This document shows, piece after piece, positions 37,124 to 46,273 of a DNA stretch of 56,412 nucleotides. Where the stretch lies: NCBI GenBank assembly GCA_038153405.1, contig JAYOYH010000030.1, positions 1-56,412 of the forward strand, read 5' to 3'. Every line of letters begins with the position of its first letter. Position 1 is the stretch's first letter. Origin of the DNA: Gemmatimonadota bacterium. GTDB taxonomy: Bacteria; Latescibacterota; UBA2968; UBA8231. A program made the translations under genes and the position numbers. The notes under the pieces were generated by a model. That model had not been told where the DNA came from and searched no databases. It worked only from the letters and a program-made list of their open reading frames with translations.

Positions 37124-38197
37124 CTACGCGTGTTTTTCGCGCAAGCGGCGCGCCGCTTCGACCATATTTTGCAGCTTCTCGTACACTTCATCCATATCTA
37201 CGCGCGCCGCCGATCCGGGCGCAAAACCGCAGTCTGGGTTGAGCACGAGCCGGTCGGCCGGCACGTGGCATAGCGCCTGCTCTACCCGCGCGACGATCTC
37301 GTCGACTGAATCAATCTCACCCGGGTGTACGCCGAGACAGCCCAGACCAATTTCAACATCATCGCGCAGCGCCGTAAAGACTTCTGTATCGCCCGCACCC
37401 GGCGCCGTAAACTCCATCGTCAAATGGTGCACCTTGAGTGAATTCAGATAGCGGATAATGGGCCCATAACCGCCGGTGTGCTTCGCCTCACCGCGCACTC
37501 TTGCACCCGCGCGGCGACACAGGTGCACCGCAAGGCGCACGCCATCAATGCCCTCGACCACCGCGTTGGTCATATCGGCGGAAAATGCCGCTTCTGCGTC
37601 GGCGTCTTGGTAGCCCGCGCGCACGCGCTCATCAACCAACAGGCACAGGTGGGGATCATCGATCTGCACCACGTCGACGCCCTCGTCGCGCAGCAACTCC
37701 AATTCGCGGCGCAGTACCGGCACGCAGGCCTCGACAAAGGCGCGCCGCGTCGGGTAGGCAGCGGCCGATTTCTCCGCATCCCACATGCGCTCACCCAGCA
37801 GCGCCGGCGCCGGCAGCGTCGCTTTGATGCGCCGTCCGGTCACCCCTTTGAGAAAGCGCACTTCCGCCGCGATAAAGCCCGGTGTTTTGGGGGCGATTTC
37901 ACCCGTTACAATCGTCCACGGTCGTCCGTCTTCTTCGCCCAGCGTAAATCCGTGCGCCAATTCGGCGATAACGCCGATATAGGACGCGCGGCGCCACTCG
38001 CCATCGCTGATAATATCGAGACCCGCCTGCTCCTGCAGAGAGGCGATATAGGCGACGGCGCGATCCATCAGCGCGGCGCGACGACCGGCTTGTTCAGCGC
38101 GCCCTCCGGTGACGATCTCGCGCACGAAATCCGGTCGCGGCATCGAGCCAACTACCGCGGTGGGAAATAGCGTTCCATAATGATCTACCGTCGACAT
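37124..38197 (-). CDS. Cobalamin-independent methionine synthase II family ('core' MetE-like), copy 2
   Basis: PTAVVGSMPRP, QEQAGLDIISDGEWRR, VQIDDP, Zn ligands HLC / E / NPDCGF; start reassigned to ATG 38197. Confidence 0.85.
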   Translation of the reverse strand: MSTVDHYGTLFPTAVVGSMPRPDFVREIVTGGRAEQAGRRAALMDRAVAYIASLQEQAGLDIISDGEWRRASYIGVIAELAHGFTLGEEDGRPWTIVTGEIAPKTPGFIAAEVRFLKGVTGRRIKATLPAPALLGERMWDAEKSAAAYPTRRAFVEACVPVLRRELELLRDEGVDVVQIDDPHLCLLVDERVRAGYQDADAEAAFSADMTNAVVEGIDGVRLAVHLCRRAGARVRGEAKHTGGYGPIIRYLNSLKVHHLTMEFTAPGAGDTEVFTALRDDVEIGLGCLGVHPGEIDSVDEIVARVEQALCHVPADRLVLNPDCGFAPGSAARVDMDEVYEKLQNMVEAARRLREKHA

Positions 38198-38198
38198 A

Positions 38199-38963
38199 TC
38201 AGGCCCCGTATTCTCGCGGCCAGCGCACATTGGCCAGCGCGTAGTCTTCTTCCGTATCGATTTCCATGTACTCGCCGTCGGTCGTCACCATGCGCACGTC
38301 GACCCCGTCCTCTATCATGTATTGAAAGAGGTGAATCAGATAGGCCTTCTCAAAGGGCGCGCCACCGCGCCATATGGCTCCGGCATGCGCTGCCCGCGCG
38401 CGATGGTAGTAGGCGCGCAGCTGCTGGGCGCCGCGCGGACTGAAACGCGCCACGCCAATATATTCTCCGCCAGCCGCGTCGGATGCTATGCTGCGCTCTA
38501 TGCGCACGATGCGATCGCCTTCGACCAACACCTTTTCGGCATCGTCTTCCGGATGCTGGCTGCGATCGGCATAGCGAGCACGCCACTCCGTATCGACGCA
38601 GAGCACAATATCACCCGAATGTTCCAACGCGCGCTGCACGACGGAGGACCGGTAGAGAATATCGGAGTACGAGCATAGAAAGCCAGCGTCCATATCGCTC
38701 TCGGCGTAAAACAGCGACGCGAGGATATTGTTGTTGGGCCAATCGACGTTGTGGCGAAAGTCGAGCTGAGGATAGTCGGCGCGGATCTGCTCAATGCGAT
38801 AGCCTCCGATAAATACCGGCGCAGGCAGCCCCACTTCTTCTAGCGCGCACAGCAGCCAATCGAGAATGCGGCGCTGGCCAATGGGCGCATAGCACTTGGG
38901 CTGTTCGTCTGTCAGCGCATTGAGGCGACTGCCGCGCCCAGCGCCGATGATAATCGGTTGCAC
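38199..38963 (-). CDS. Phosphocholine/phosphonate cytidylyltransferase-like NTP transferase (LicC/PntC-like)
   Basis: IIIGAGRGSRL...PKC, N.DW...NIL.SL, SYSDILY, GEYIGVARF, MEIDT.EDY; probable GTG start at 38963 with GAAAGG RBS. Confidence 0.8.
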   Translation of the reverse strand: MQPIIIGAGRGSRLNALTDEQPKCYAPIGQRRILDWLLCALEEVGLPAPVFIGGYRIEQIRADYPQLDFRHNVDWPNNNILASLFYAESDMDAGFLCSYSDILYRSSVVQRALEHSGDIVLCVDTEWRARYADRSQHPEDDAEKVLVEGDRIVRIERSIASDAAGGEYIGVARFSPRGAQQLRAYYHRARAAHAGAIWRGGAPFEKAYLIHLFQYMIEDGVDVRMVTTDGEYMEIDTEEDYALANVRWPREYGA

Positions 38964-39065
38964 AATATGCCTTTCGCTCAAAGTATGCATTGTAATGGCA
39001 GGCCGATGAAGAATATACGCTCTGGCGCCGCTTGCACACAGTCGCGCGAACGGCAGACGACGCGA

Positions 39066-41093
39066 CTAGCGCAGCAGCGTCATCTTGCCGGCGCCGAGAA
39101 AGGCGTCTGCAACCAAGCGGTAGTAGTAGATGCCGCTGGCCAGATCGCGCCCTCTGTCGTCACGCCCATCCCACGTCGAGCGATGGCGGCCAGCCTGCAG
39201 CAGTCCGCGCTCGAGCGTGCGCACGCGCTGACCCACGCCGTTGTAAATGCTCAGCTCGATCGGCCCGGCTTGCGCAAGGACGTAGGTGATCACAGTGCTC
39301 GCATTAAAGGGATTGGGAACGTTTTCACCCAGTTGATACGCAGCCGGCTCCGACCCCAAGTTCAGCCTGACGGCCGTATCATCCGGGGCCACTAAGCGCA
39401 GATCGTCAAAGGAGAAGCTGCGCCCGTCCAGATCGTGGTGCTCGGCGACGAGCTCAAATCGGTCGATATCCGACCAGTCAAAAAGGCCTTCTGGCTCATG
39501 CCAGATTCCGTCCCACGCGCCGTGCTCGACAAAATCGCTTAGCGGCAGGCGCACCCGTTGCCAATTCCCATCCCAACGCGCCGCTTGCTCGTCGACCGTA
39601 TAGCGTATGCGCCAGGGCATACCCGCGGAACGGCCATTCATAAAGCGCACGTCAAACGCCGAACCCGGCGTGCTGCCGCGCACTAGGAACGACAGCGCAT
39701 AGCCCGCCTCGACGAGCATTGACAGATCGATATCGGGCGCAAAGTCAAAGCCGATGTGATTATACTGATCGACCCCCTCCCAACGCATGCAGTAGCGCCC
39801 GACGGCCGGCGCATCCTCGGAAAAATAATCTACCTGTCCGCGGCCAATCCAGTTTGAGGCGACAATAGGCTCACCGAAAAAATCTTCGTATAGGAGTAGG
39901 CCACGCGTGAGCGGGCGGCGTTCAAACGGACTCTGCGGCGGTATGTTAAAGCCCAGCGCGCGCAGCAGTGGCACGTTTAGATCGTGCTCAAAGAGCTCGC
40001 CACTGCCGTGCTCAAAAAGCCCAAATCCCCCTTTGTAATCCCAAGTAGTCCATGCAAAATCGCGCGCTTCCAACTCCTGCCGCACCGCCGCATACCAGCG
40101 CACGCGGTCACCCTGCGGGCTGTTAGGTGTGTATACGCCAAACTCGCCGCAATAAACCGGCACATCGCGCTCTTGGGCAAAGCGCGCAGCGACATCTAAC
40201 AAGTGCCCTATGCGCTCTAGCGCGCCTTCGCTGCGATAGCTGGCAAAGGCATTGCCCACCCACGAGCCGGCCAGTTCGGGCGGCATTTCGGGCATCCGCG
40301 CCGCGTCGTAGGGAAAGGGGATACCTGCCACGGGGGCCATCGATGGGTTGACCCAACTGGCGCCCTGATGGGTAAACAGAAAGGGATCGTAGAAGTGGAA
40401 AGTGTATATCAGCTTGTCGTCGGCATAGCGCGGCATCGCATCCAAATTATTGTAGCTATTCCACCCGGCCGGACCAACGACAATCGCGTGGCGTGTATCC
40501 ACTGTGCGGATCGCATCGATAACCTGCTGCTGGATCGCATTCCATACATCATCGCCTATGCCATGCGGTTCGTTGAGCACCTCGTAGTACAACCGCTCCG
40601 ATCGCTGGGCATACCGCGCGGCCAGTTGCCGCCACACCGGCACCAATATGCGACCAATCTGCGGATCCGTGCTGCTATCGACGTCAAATGTGTGATTGTC
40701 CAATATGAGGTGAAGATCCAGTTCCTCGCACCAATCGACTATTTGATCGAGAAAAAATAGGAATAGTGGGTCGAGTGCGTAGTCAGGAGACGGACCGGCC
40801 ATAGCGTGTAGGTTGATCGGCAGGCGCACGACGTCGGCTCCCAACGCCCTAATGTCCTGCAGGTCCTGGCGACCAAAGCGGGTAAAGTGCACCGCGCGCG
40901 GCCCGCTGCTCTGCAGCCATCCGGTCAGGTTAACGCCGCGCGTAAACGGCGTCTCGACACCCTGCGCCGGCAGGATGCATAAGAACAGCAGGCATCCAAT
41001 TGCCACGCCGCGCAAACGCGCGGTGAAAATGCGGTCCCTCCGCGCTGCTGCCGCGCACATCCCAACAGCGCACCGACGAAGAGCGCTCTTCAT
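39066..41093 (-). CDS. Secreted GH5 glycoside hydrolase with a putative CBM and a C-terminal FlgD-Ig/T9SS-like domain
   Basis: RGVNL, VRLPI, LDNH, acid/base YEVLNEP, HFYDPF.FTHQGA.W, nucleophile CGEFG; tail NVPNPFNAST...IYN..GQRVRTL...WDGRD..G..LASGIYYYRL. Confidence 0.88.
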   Translation of the reverse strand: MKSALRRCAVGMCAAAARRDRIFTARLRGVAIGCLLFLCILPAQGVETPFTRGVNLTGWLQSSGPRAVHFTRFGRQDLQDIRALGADVVRLPINLHAMAGPSPDYALDPLFLFFLDQIVDWCEELDLHLILDNHTFDVDSSTDPQIGRILVPVWRQLAARYAQRSERLYYEVLNEPHGIGDDVWNAIQQQVIDAIRTVDTRHAIVVGPAGWNSYNNLDAMPRYADDKLIYTFHFYDPFLFTHQGASWVNPSMAPVAGIPFPYDAARMPEMPPELAGSWVGNAFASYRSEGALERIGHLLDVAARFAQERDVPVYCGEFGVYTPNSPQGDRVRWYAAVRQELEARDFAWTTWDYKGGFGLFEHGSGELFEHDLNVPLLRALGFNIPPQSPFERRPLTRGLLLYEDFFGEPIVASNWIGRGQVDYFSEDAPAVGRYCMRWEGVDQYNHIGFDFAPDIDLSMLVEAGYALSFLVRGSTPGSAFDVRFMNGRSAGMPWRIRYTVDEQAARWDGNWQRVRLPLSDFVEHGAWDGIWHEPEGLFDWSDIDRFELVAEHHDLDGRSFSFDDLRLVAPDDTAVRLNLGSEPAAYQLGENVPNPFNASTVITYVLAQAGPIELSIYNGVGQRVRTLERGLLQAGRHRSTWDGRDDRGRDLASGIYYYRLVADAFLGAGKMTLLR

Positions 41094-41149
41094 GCCATTA
41101 GCCTTTCCATACAACACCGCAGCACTGTGCCGCTTTGCGCCCGGCGCAT

Positions 41150-41178
41150 TTGACAAAGCTCGCGCACCGTTCTATAGG
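41150..41178 (+). promoter_or_regulatory. Putative sigma70 promoter
   Basis: TTGACA-17 nt-TATAGG, upstream of the 41216 gene. Confidence 0.45.
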
Positions 41179-41215
41179 TTCTGAGAGCATGGGTTAAATA
41201 CTACGGGAGCTAACT

Positions 41216-42355
41216 ATGAAAATCAAAGACGTTCGCATTATTCCCTTGGTCGGTGCCACCCCCGACGGCGGCTGGGATCAGGGCTTCGAGGAAGAAGACA
41301 ATTTACACTCGCTGATCGAAATCATCAGCGACGAAGGCGTCGTCGGCCTCGGCAGCGTCTACACATCGGCTAGGCTGGTCGAAGGGGCGCTCGGCATCCT
41401 GCGTCCGATGCTGATCGGCGAGAGCGCCATAGAACCGGTGCGCGTCTGCGAAAACTTACACCAGTCGACATTTTGGCAAGGTAGAGGGGGCTCGATCACC
41501 CACGCCATTTCCGGGATCGATATTGCTCTGTGGGACATCTTCGGCAAAGTGACGGGACAGCCGATCAGCCGCCTGCTGGGCGGGCGCTACCGCGATAAGA
41601 TCAAACCCTACGGTTCGCTGTTGATGACCGAGCCCGAGAACTTGCCGCCGCGCCTCGAAGACGCCGTGCAGCGCGGTTTCAGGGCAATTAAAATGGGCTG
41701 GGGACCCTTTGGCCGCGTTTCGGCAGCCATGGACGAGGCCATCGTCAAGACGGCGCGCGAAACCGTCGGTCCAGACGTGGAAATTATGGTAGACGCCGGC
41801 GGCTCCGATCGCTACTGGCCACACGGCTACAAATGGGCCCTGGAAACGGCCAAGATGCTGAGCCAGTACGACGTGACCTGGTTCGAAGAGGCGCTGCGAC
41901 CCGACGACCTGCAGGGCTATGTCAAGTTGACGGAACACGCGCCGCTGCCCATTACCTCCTGCGAGGTCATCACCCGGCGCCAGGCTTTTATGCCGTGGAT
42001 CGAGCAACGCGCCGTCGACTACATCCAACCCGACGTGACCAAAGTAGGCGGCATTTCCGAAGAGTACCGCATCGCCATGCACGCCTACGATCACTCAATC
42101 CTCTTCGTTCCACACGGCTGGAACACCGCCGTGGGCCTGGCCGCCGATCTGCAGTTGGTCGCCGCCGTACCCACGGCGCGCTGGGTGGAATACATCACAC
42201 CGGCCCCCTATATTGAAGACCTAGTCGAAGAGCCCTACACCCTAGACGAAGACGGACTGCTCACCATACCAGAAGGACCGGGCTTGGGCGTCGCCTGGAG
42301 CGTAGAGGGCGTGGAGAAATTTTCCGGCATGAAGCTGACGCCCTCTACGCTTTAG
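41216..42355 (+). CDS. Mandelate racemase/muconate lactonizing enzyme family protein
   Basis: AISGIDIALWDIFGK, AIKMG, MVDAG, WFEE, QPDVTKVGG, VPHGW. Confidence 0.9.
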   Translation: MKIKDVRIIPLVGATPDGGWDQGFEEEDNLHSLIEIISDEGVVGLGSVYTSARLVEGALGILRPMLIGESAIEPVRVCENLHQSTFWQGRGGSITHAISGIDIALWDIFGKVTGQPISRLLGGRYRDKIKPYGSLLMTEPENLPPRLEDAVQRGFRAIKMGWGPFGRVSAAMDEAIVKTARETVGPDVEIMVDAGGSDRYWPHGYKWALETAKMLSQYDVTWFEEALRPDDLQGYVKLTEHAPLPITSCEVITRRQAFMPWIEQRAVDYIQPDVTKVGGISEEYRIAMHAYDHSILFVPHGWNTAVGLAADLQLVAAVPTARWVEYITPAPYIEDLVEEPYTLDEDGLLTIPEGPGLGVAWSVEGVEKFSGMKLTPSTL

Positions 42356-42370
42356 ACTCAAAATAGCACT

Positions 42371-43024
42371 ATGCATCCGACGCTCAGACAACTTGCCGTC
42401 GCCATGGCGGCCGTGGGAAACCAGACAGCGGGCGAAGCCGCCAAGCACCTAGAGGATCATCAGCTGGATGCCATAGCCGCTGCTCTCATCGATCTGGACG
42501 GTTTATCTAGCGTAGATATGGATCGGGTACTCGCGGATTTTGACCATGATATACGCGTAGCAGAGCGCGAAAGATGGCCTAGGGGTGGGTGCGACTATGC
42601 CCGCATCGTACTGACCAGAGCCTGCGGGCCGCACAGGGCGAGCGAAATCCTCGACCGCATTCAGCCCGCGACTGAGTATGATCAGAACGGCATTCGCGCC
42701 GATGAAATATGGCACGTCATAAAAAAAGTGGCACCCTTTGTTTGCGCAGCGGCCGCAGAGCACAGTGCAATCGCCGAGGGGATCGTTGCCGAAGCAACCG
42801 TATACGTCGAAGGCCTGCAAGTCCGCAAGGTGCAAACGGAACGCAGCGGGACACACGAGTATCGAACGCCGCGCTGCCCCCATTTCGACGACAACGCCAT
42901 GGAAAACCAGCGCCGCGGCTACTGCGCCAATTTTACGGCGAACGAGGCGACCAAAAAAATGACCTGCCCGCATACAGCATACTGGTCCGCCAGCGAAAAC
43001 CGTTGGGAAACGCAGTGGCCATAA
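42371..43024 (+). CDS. Hypothetical protein: FliG N-terminal-like domain plus a Cys-containing C-terminal region
   Basis: Residues 1-97 follow the FliG_N pattern (A....VG...A.E..KHL....LD.I...L..L..LS......VL.DF...GG.DYAR.VL.RA.G..RA.EILDRI). Confidence 0.6.
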   Translation: MHPTLRQLAVAMAAVGNQTAGEAAKHLEDHQLDAIAAALIDLDGLSSVDMDRVLADFDHDIRVAERERWPRGGCDYARIVLTRACGPHRASEILDRIQPATEYDQNGIRADEIWHVIKKVAPFVCAAAAEHSAIAEGIVAEATVYVEGLQVRKVQTERSGTHEYRTPRCPHFDDNAMENQRRGYCANFTANEATKKMTCPHTAYWSASENRWETQWP

Positions 43025-43052
43025 CCGATCGGCACGTTAGGGAAGCGCGCAT

Positions 43053-43850
43053 ATGAGACTGAAAGACAAGGTCGCTATCGTCACCGGCGGCGCCAACGGC
43101 ATCGGGCGTGCGACCGTAGAAATTTTCCTGCGCGAAGGCGCGTTTGTCGCCATTGCCGACCGCGATGCAGATAGCGGCAAGGCGCTGGCCGACACCCATG
43201 AGCACGCGTTCTTTGTCGAAGCCGATGTCAGCGGCGACGCATCCGTCGCCGCGTTAGTAGAGCAGGTCGTAGCGGCCCGCGGCGGCCTAGACATTCTCGT
43301 CAACAACGCCGGCATCGACATTACCGGCAGCGCCGTCGACACCGAACCGCAGCGCTGGCAGCGCGTGCTCGACGTCAATCTCTCCAGCATCTACCGCACT
43401 TGCCGCCAGGCCATTCCGCACATGATAGCACGCGGCGGCGGGTCCATCGTCAATATCGCCTCGGTGCAGGGTATGTACGGCTGGAAGAACTACAGCGCCT
43501 ACGCCACGGCCAAAGCCGGTATTTTCGGCTTTACGCGTCAGGCCGCCGTCGAATATGCCGAGCACAATATTCGCGTCAATGCGATCAGTCCCGGTGCCAT
43601 CGCCACGCAGCTCGGCCAAAACAGCGACCGCTTGGAACCCCAATACGCTCACGATCCCGGTGCGACAGGACCCGCTCAGCAACCGGCGACAGAAGCCGTG
43701 CAGCCGACAGCGCCACTGCCGCGTCTGCTCCATGCCGGACACCCCGAAGACATCGGCCACGCCGCGCTCTTTCTATCTTCCGACGAGGCAGCCTATATTA
43801 GCGGGCACAACTTGGTAGTCGACGGAGTTTTGACCGCGCGCGTGGGCTGA
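43053..43850 (+). CDS. Short-chain dehydrogenase/reductase (SDR)
   Basis: TGGANGIG, NNAG, NIAS, YATAK, RVNAISPG. Confidence 0.95.
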   Translation: MRLKDKVAIVTGGANGIGRATVEIFLREGAFVAIADRDADSGKALADTHEHAFFVEADVSGDASVAALVEQVVAARGGLDILVNNAGIDITGSAVDTEPQRWQRVLDVNLSSIYRTCRQAIPHMIARGGGSIVNIASVQGMYGWKNYSAYATAKAGIFGFTRQAAVEYAEHNIRVNAISPGAIATQLGQNSDRLEPQYAHDPGATGPAQQPATEAVQPTAPLPRLLHAGHPEDIGHAALFLSSDEAAYISGHNLVVDGVLTARVG

Positions 43851-44064
43851 GACAGTGGCGTGCATAGGCGCCTGTCGCACTATGCTTCCAGAATCAGGAA
43901 ACCCACGGCATGGGAATAGCACCTTGCGCTGGGGCGGTCATGGCCCAAGAGACTTTTTTACCCGTGGTCGGCCAAGGTGGATCGAGGCCGCTGTGATAGG
44001 GATAAGGCGGACCTTCGATGTCGTGGACAAACAATGGGCGGAGTCATGCGCCAACCGACTGCAT

Positions 44065-44127
44065 TCGGGTTGAGCGACTGCCGAGATCGACTTAGTCGAC
44101 TACTACGATCGGGTTGAGCGACTACCG
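44065..44127. repeat. Two-copy 19-nt direct repeat, 44-nt period
   Basis: TCGGGTTGAGCGACTGCCG (44065-44083) and TCGGGTTGAGCGACTACCG (44109-44127). Confidence 0.8.
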
Positions 44128-44181
44128 CACGCAATGTGCACAGATTTAGCGACCGCTTGGCGCGGCACCTGGAGAAAAAAC

Positions 44182-45453
44182 ATGAGCGCAAAAATACCCC
44201 TCGCTATCATCGGCTGCGGCGGCATGGGCCATCGCCACATGTACGGCCTGGCCGAGCTACAGGCATCCGGTCTTTCGCCCTTCGAATTGGTCGGTGCCTG
44301 CGATCCCAATCTCGACAACGCCAACTCGCTAGCCGACCAAGCGCAAGAGCGTCTCGGCACGCGCCCGCAGGCCGTTGCCAGCCTAGACGAGTTGGCGAAG
44401 TTGGGCGACGTGCAGGCCGTCGACATCTGCACGCTGCCGGCGCACCACCACAGCGTCGCCGTCGAAGCGATGGAGCGCGGCTGGCATGCTCTCTGCGAAA
44501 AGCCCGTCGGCCTAACTTCGCGCGCCTGCAAGCTCATGCGCGAGGCATCTGAGCGCACCGGGTGCACCCTCTCGGTGGCGGAAAACTATCGCCGCGATCC
44601 GGTCAACCGCCTCGCCAAAGCCCTGCTCGACGCCGGCGCTATTGGCGCGCCGCGCCTGATGCTGCACAACACCATCGGCGGCGGCAATCGCATGCTGATC
44701 TCCGTCTGGCGCCACCAGAAAAACGCCAGCGGCGTGCTGCTCGACGTAGGCGTGCACTTTGCCGATATCATGGAGTTTTTTCTCGGCGACGCGCTCAGCG
44801 TCTACGCGCAGACGCGCTTGCACGAAAAGACCCGCCTCAATCCCATGGCCGGCCATACAGACACCCAGCAGATTTCGGCCTCTCAGGTCTACGCGCGCTG
44901 GCAAAAGGATATGCCGGCCGAGTTTGAAGCCACTGCTGACGACGCCAGTTACTCGACGATCCTCTTTAAAAATGGCGCCGTCGCCCAGTATATCGAAGAC
45001 CACGCCGCGCGCGGCGAGGGCATGTGGAAGCGCGCCATTTACGGCGGTCTTGGTTCGATGGATCTGCCCGGCGACCGCTCGGGGCGCCGCATGACGCTGC
45101 ACCGCGAAGGCGAAGAGTCCATCGACGACGCCCGCCTGCTCGAGCTAGTCCCCGATTTTCACCTGGACGAAGCGACCGCCGCTCTCTTTGGCGGCGAGCG
45201 CCTCTTTGAGTACGACCTCGAGTTCCAGCTTACCGACCGCAAGCTAATCGCCGTCGAGTACTGGGAGCTCGGCCAGTGCATTGAACGCGGCATCAAACCC
45301 GAAGTCGACATCGTGCAGGGTGCGCGCTCCGTCGCTCTCGCCTATGCTTGGATGGAGTCGCAGCAGGCGGGGCGCGCCGTTACCATTGACGAGGTATACG
45401 AAGACCAGCTCAACGCCTACCAGGCCGAGATCAACGAAAGCATGGGGATCTAG
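44182..45453 (+). CDS. Gfo/Idh/MocA family oxidoreductase
   Basis: AIIGCGGMG, LCEKP, AENYR, GVLLDVGVHFAD; GGAG RBS with ATG at 44182. Confidence 0.92.
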   Translation: MSAKIPLAIIGCGGMGHRHMYGLAELQASGLSPFELVGACDPNLDNANSLADQAQERLGTRPQAVASLDELAKLGDVQAVDICTLPAHHHSVAVEAMERGWHALCEKPVGLTSRACKLMREASERTGCTLSVAENYRRDPVNRLAKALLDAGAIGAPRLMLHNTIGGGNRMLISVWRHQKNASGVLLDVGVHFADIMEFFLGDALSVYAQTRLHEKTRLNPMAGHTDTQQISASQVYARWQKDMPAEFEATADDASYSTILFKNGAVAQYIEDHAARGEGMWKRAIYGGLGSMDLPGDRSGRRMTLHREGEESIDDARLLELVPDFHLDEATAALFGGERLFEYDLEFQLTDRKLIAVEYWELGQCIERGIKPEVDIVQGARSVALAYAWMESQQAGRAVTIDEVYEDQLNAYQAEINESMGI

Positions 45454-46263
45454 TTGGCGGCCATTCTCTGCCCGAGCTGTCACAAACTGGTCAGCCAAGA
45501 TGCCGAAGTATGCCTGCACTGCGGACAGCGCAAACCGGGGCTGTGGGGGGCCACAGCTGCGGTGCGCAAACTCGGTCTAAATATCGATTTCCCCAACGTC
45601 ATCGTCGGCCTCTGCATTGCACTCTACGTGATCGGCCTGCTGCTCGACCCGAGCGCCCTATTGGGCAACTTTAGCAATCCGCTGCGCTTTCTGTCACCTA
45701 GCATGGAATCGAGCTTTGCGCTGGGCATGACCGGCAGCCAGCCCATTTTTGGCTACGGCCTGTGGTGGACGCCCATCACCGCTATCTACCTGCACGGCGG
45801 CCTGCTGCACATCTTCTTTAACGCAATGTGGATTCGCCAGCTTGGCCCCCTCGTCGAAGAGCTATTTGGCCCCTTTCGCCTCTTTATCATCTTCACCGCA
45901 GCCGGCATTGTCGGCTTTATCGCCTCGGCCCTGTTTGGCAGCGCCTTCACGCTGGGCGCGTCCGGCTCGATCTTCGGCCTGCTAGCGGCGGCCATAGCCT
46001 ACGGCCGCCGCGTTGGTTCAAGTATGTTTACGCGCCAGTTTATGCAGTGGGCCGGACTCATTTTCATTATGGGTTTCATCATGCCCGGCGTCGATAACTG
46101 GGCGCACGGCGGCGGCTTTGTCGGCGGCTATATCGCCGCATCGCTGCTGGGCCGCACCGTCGAACGCGAGGGCATCGGCACCTACATCGGCGCCGGTCTC
46201 TGCGCGCTGGCTACGGTGGGTGCCTTCCTGCTGCAGCTGCTGGCTGTGTGGGGCTTGCTCTGA
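45454..46263 (+). CDS. Rhomboid intramembrane serine protease with an N-terminal zinc ribbon
   Basis: CPSC...CLHC; HGGLLHIFFN, catalytic GASG and NWAHGGG; TTG start immediately after the upstream stop. Confidence 0.88.
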   Translation: MAAILCPSCHKLVSQDAEVCLHCGQRKPGLWGATAAVRKLGLNIDFPNVIVGLCIALYVIGLLLDPSALLGNFSNPLRFLSPSMESSFALGMTGSQPIFGYGLWWTPITAIYLHGGLLHIFFNAMWIRQLGPLVEELFGPFRLFIIFTAAGIVGFIASALFGSAFTLGASGSIFGLLAAAIAYGRRVGSSMFTRQFMQWAGLIFIMGFIMPGVDNWAHGGGFVGGYIAASLLGRTVEREGIGTYIGAGLCALATVGAFLLQLLAVWGLL

Positions 46264-46273
46264 GCTCCGGGCG

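Noticed and set aside
43855..44073. 72-aa ORF
   Set aside because: No RBS or motif and atypical composition
44065..44127. Mini CRISPR array
   Set aside because: Only two 19-nt repeats, too short, and no cas genes in the window
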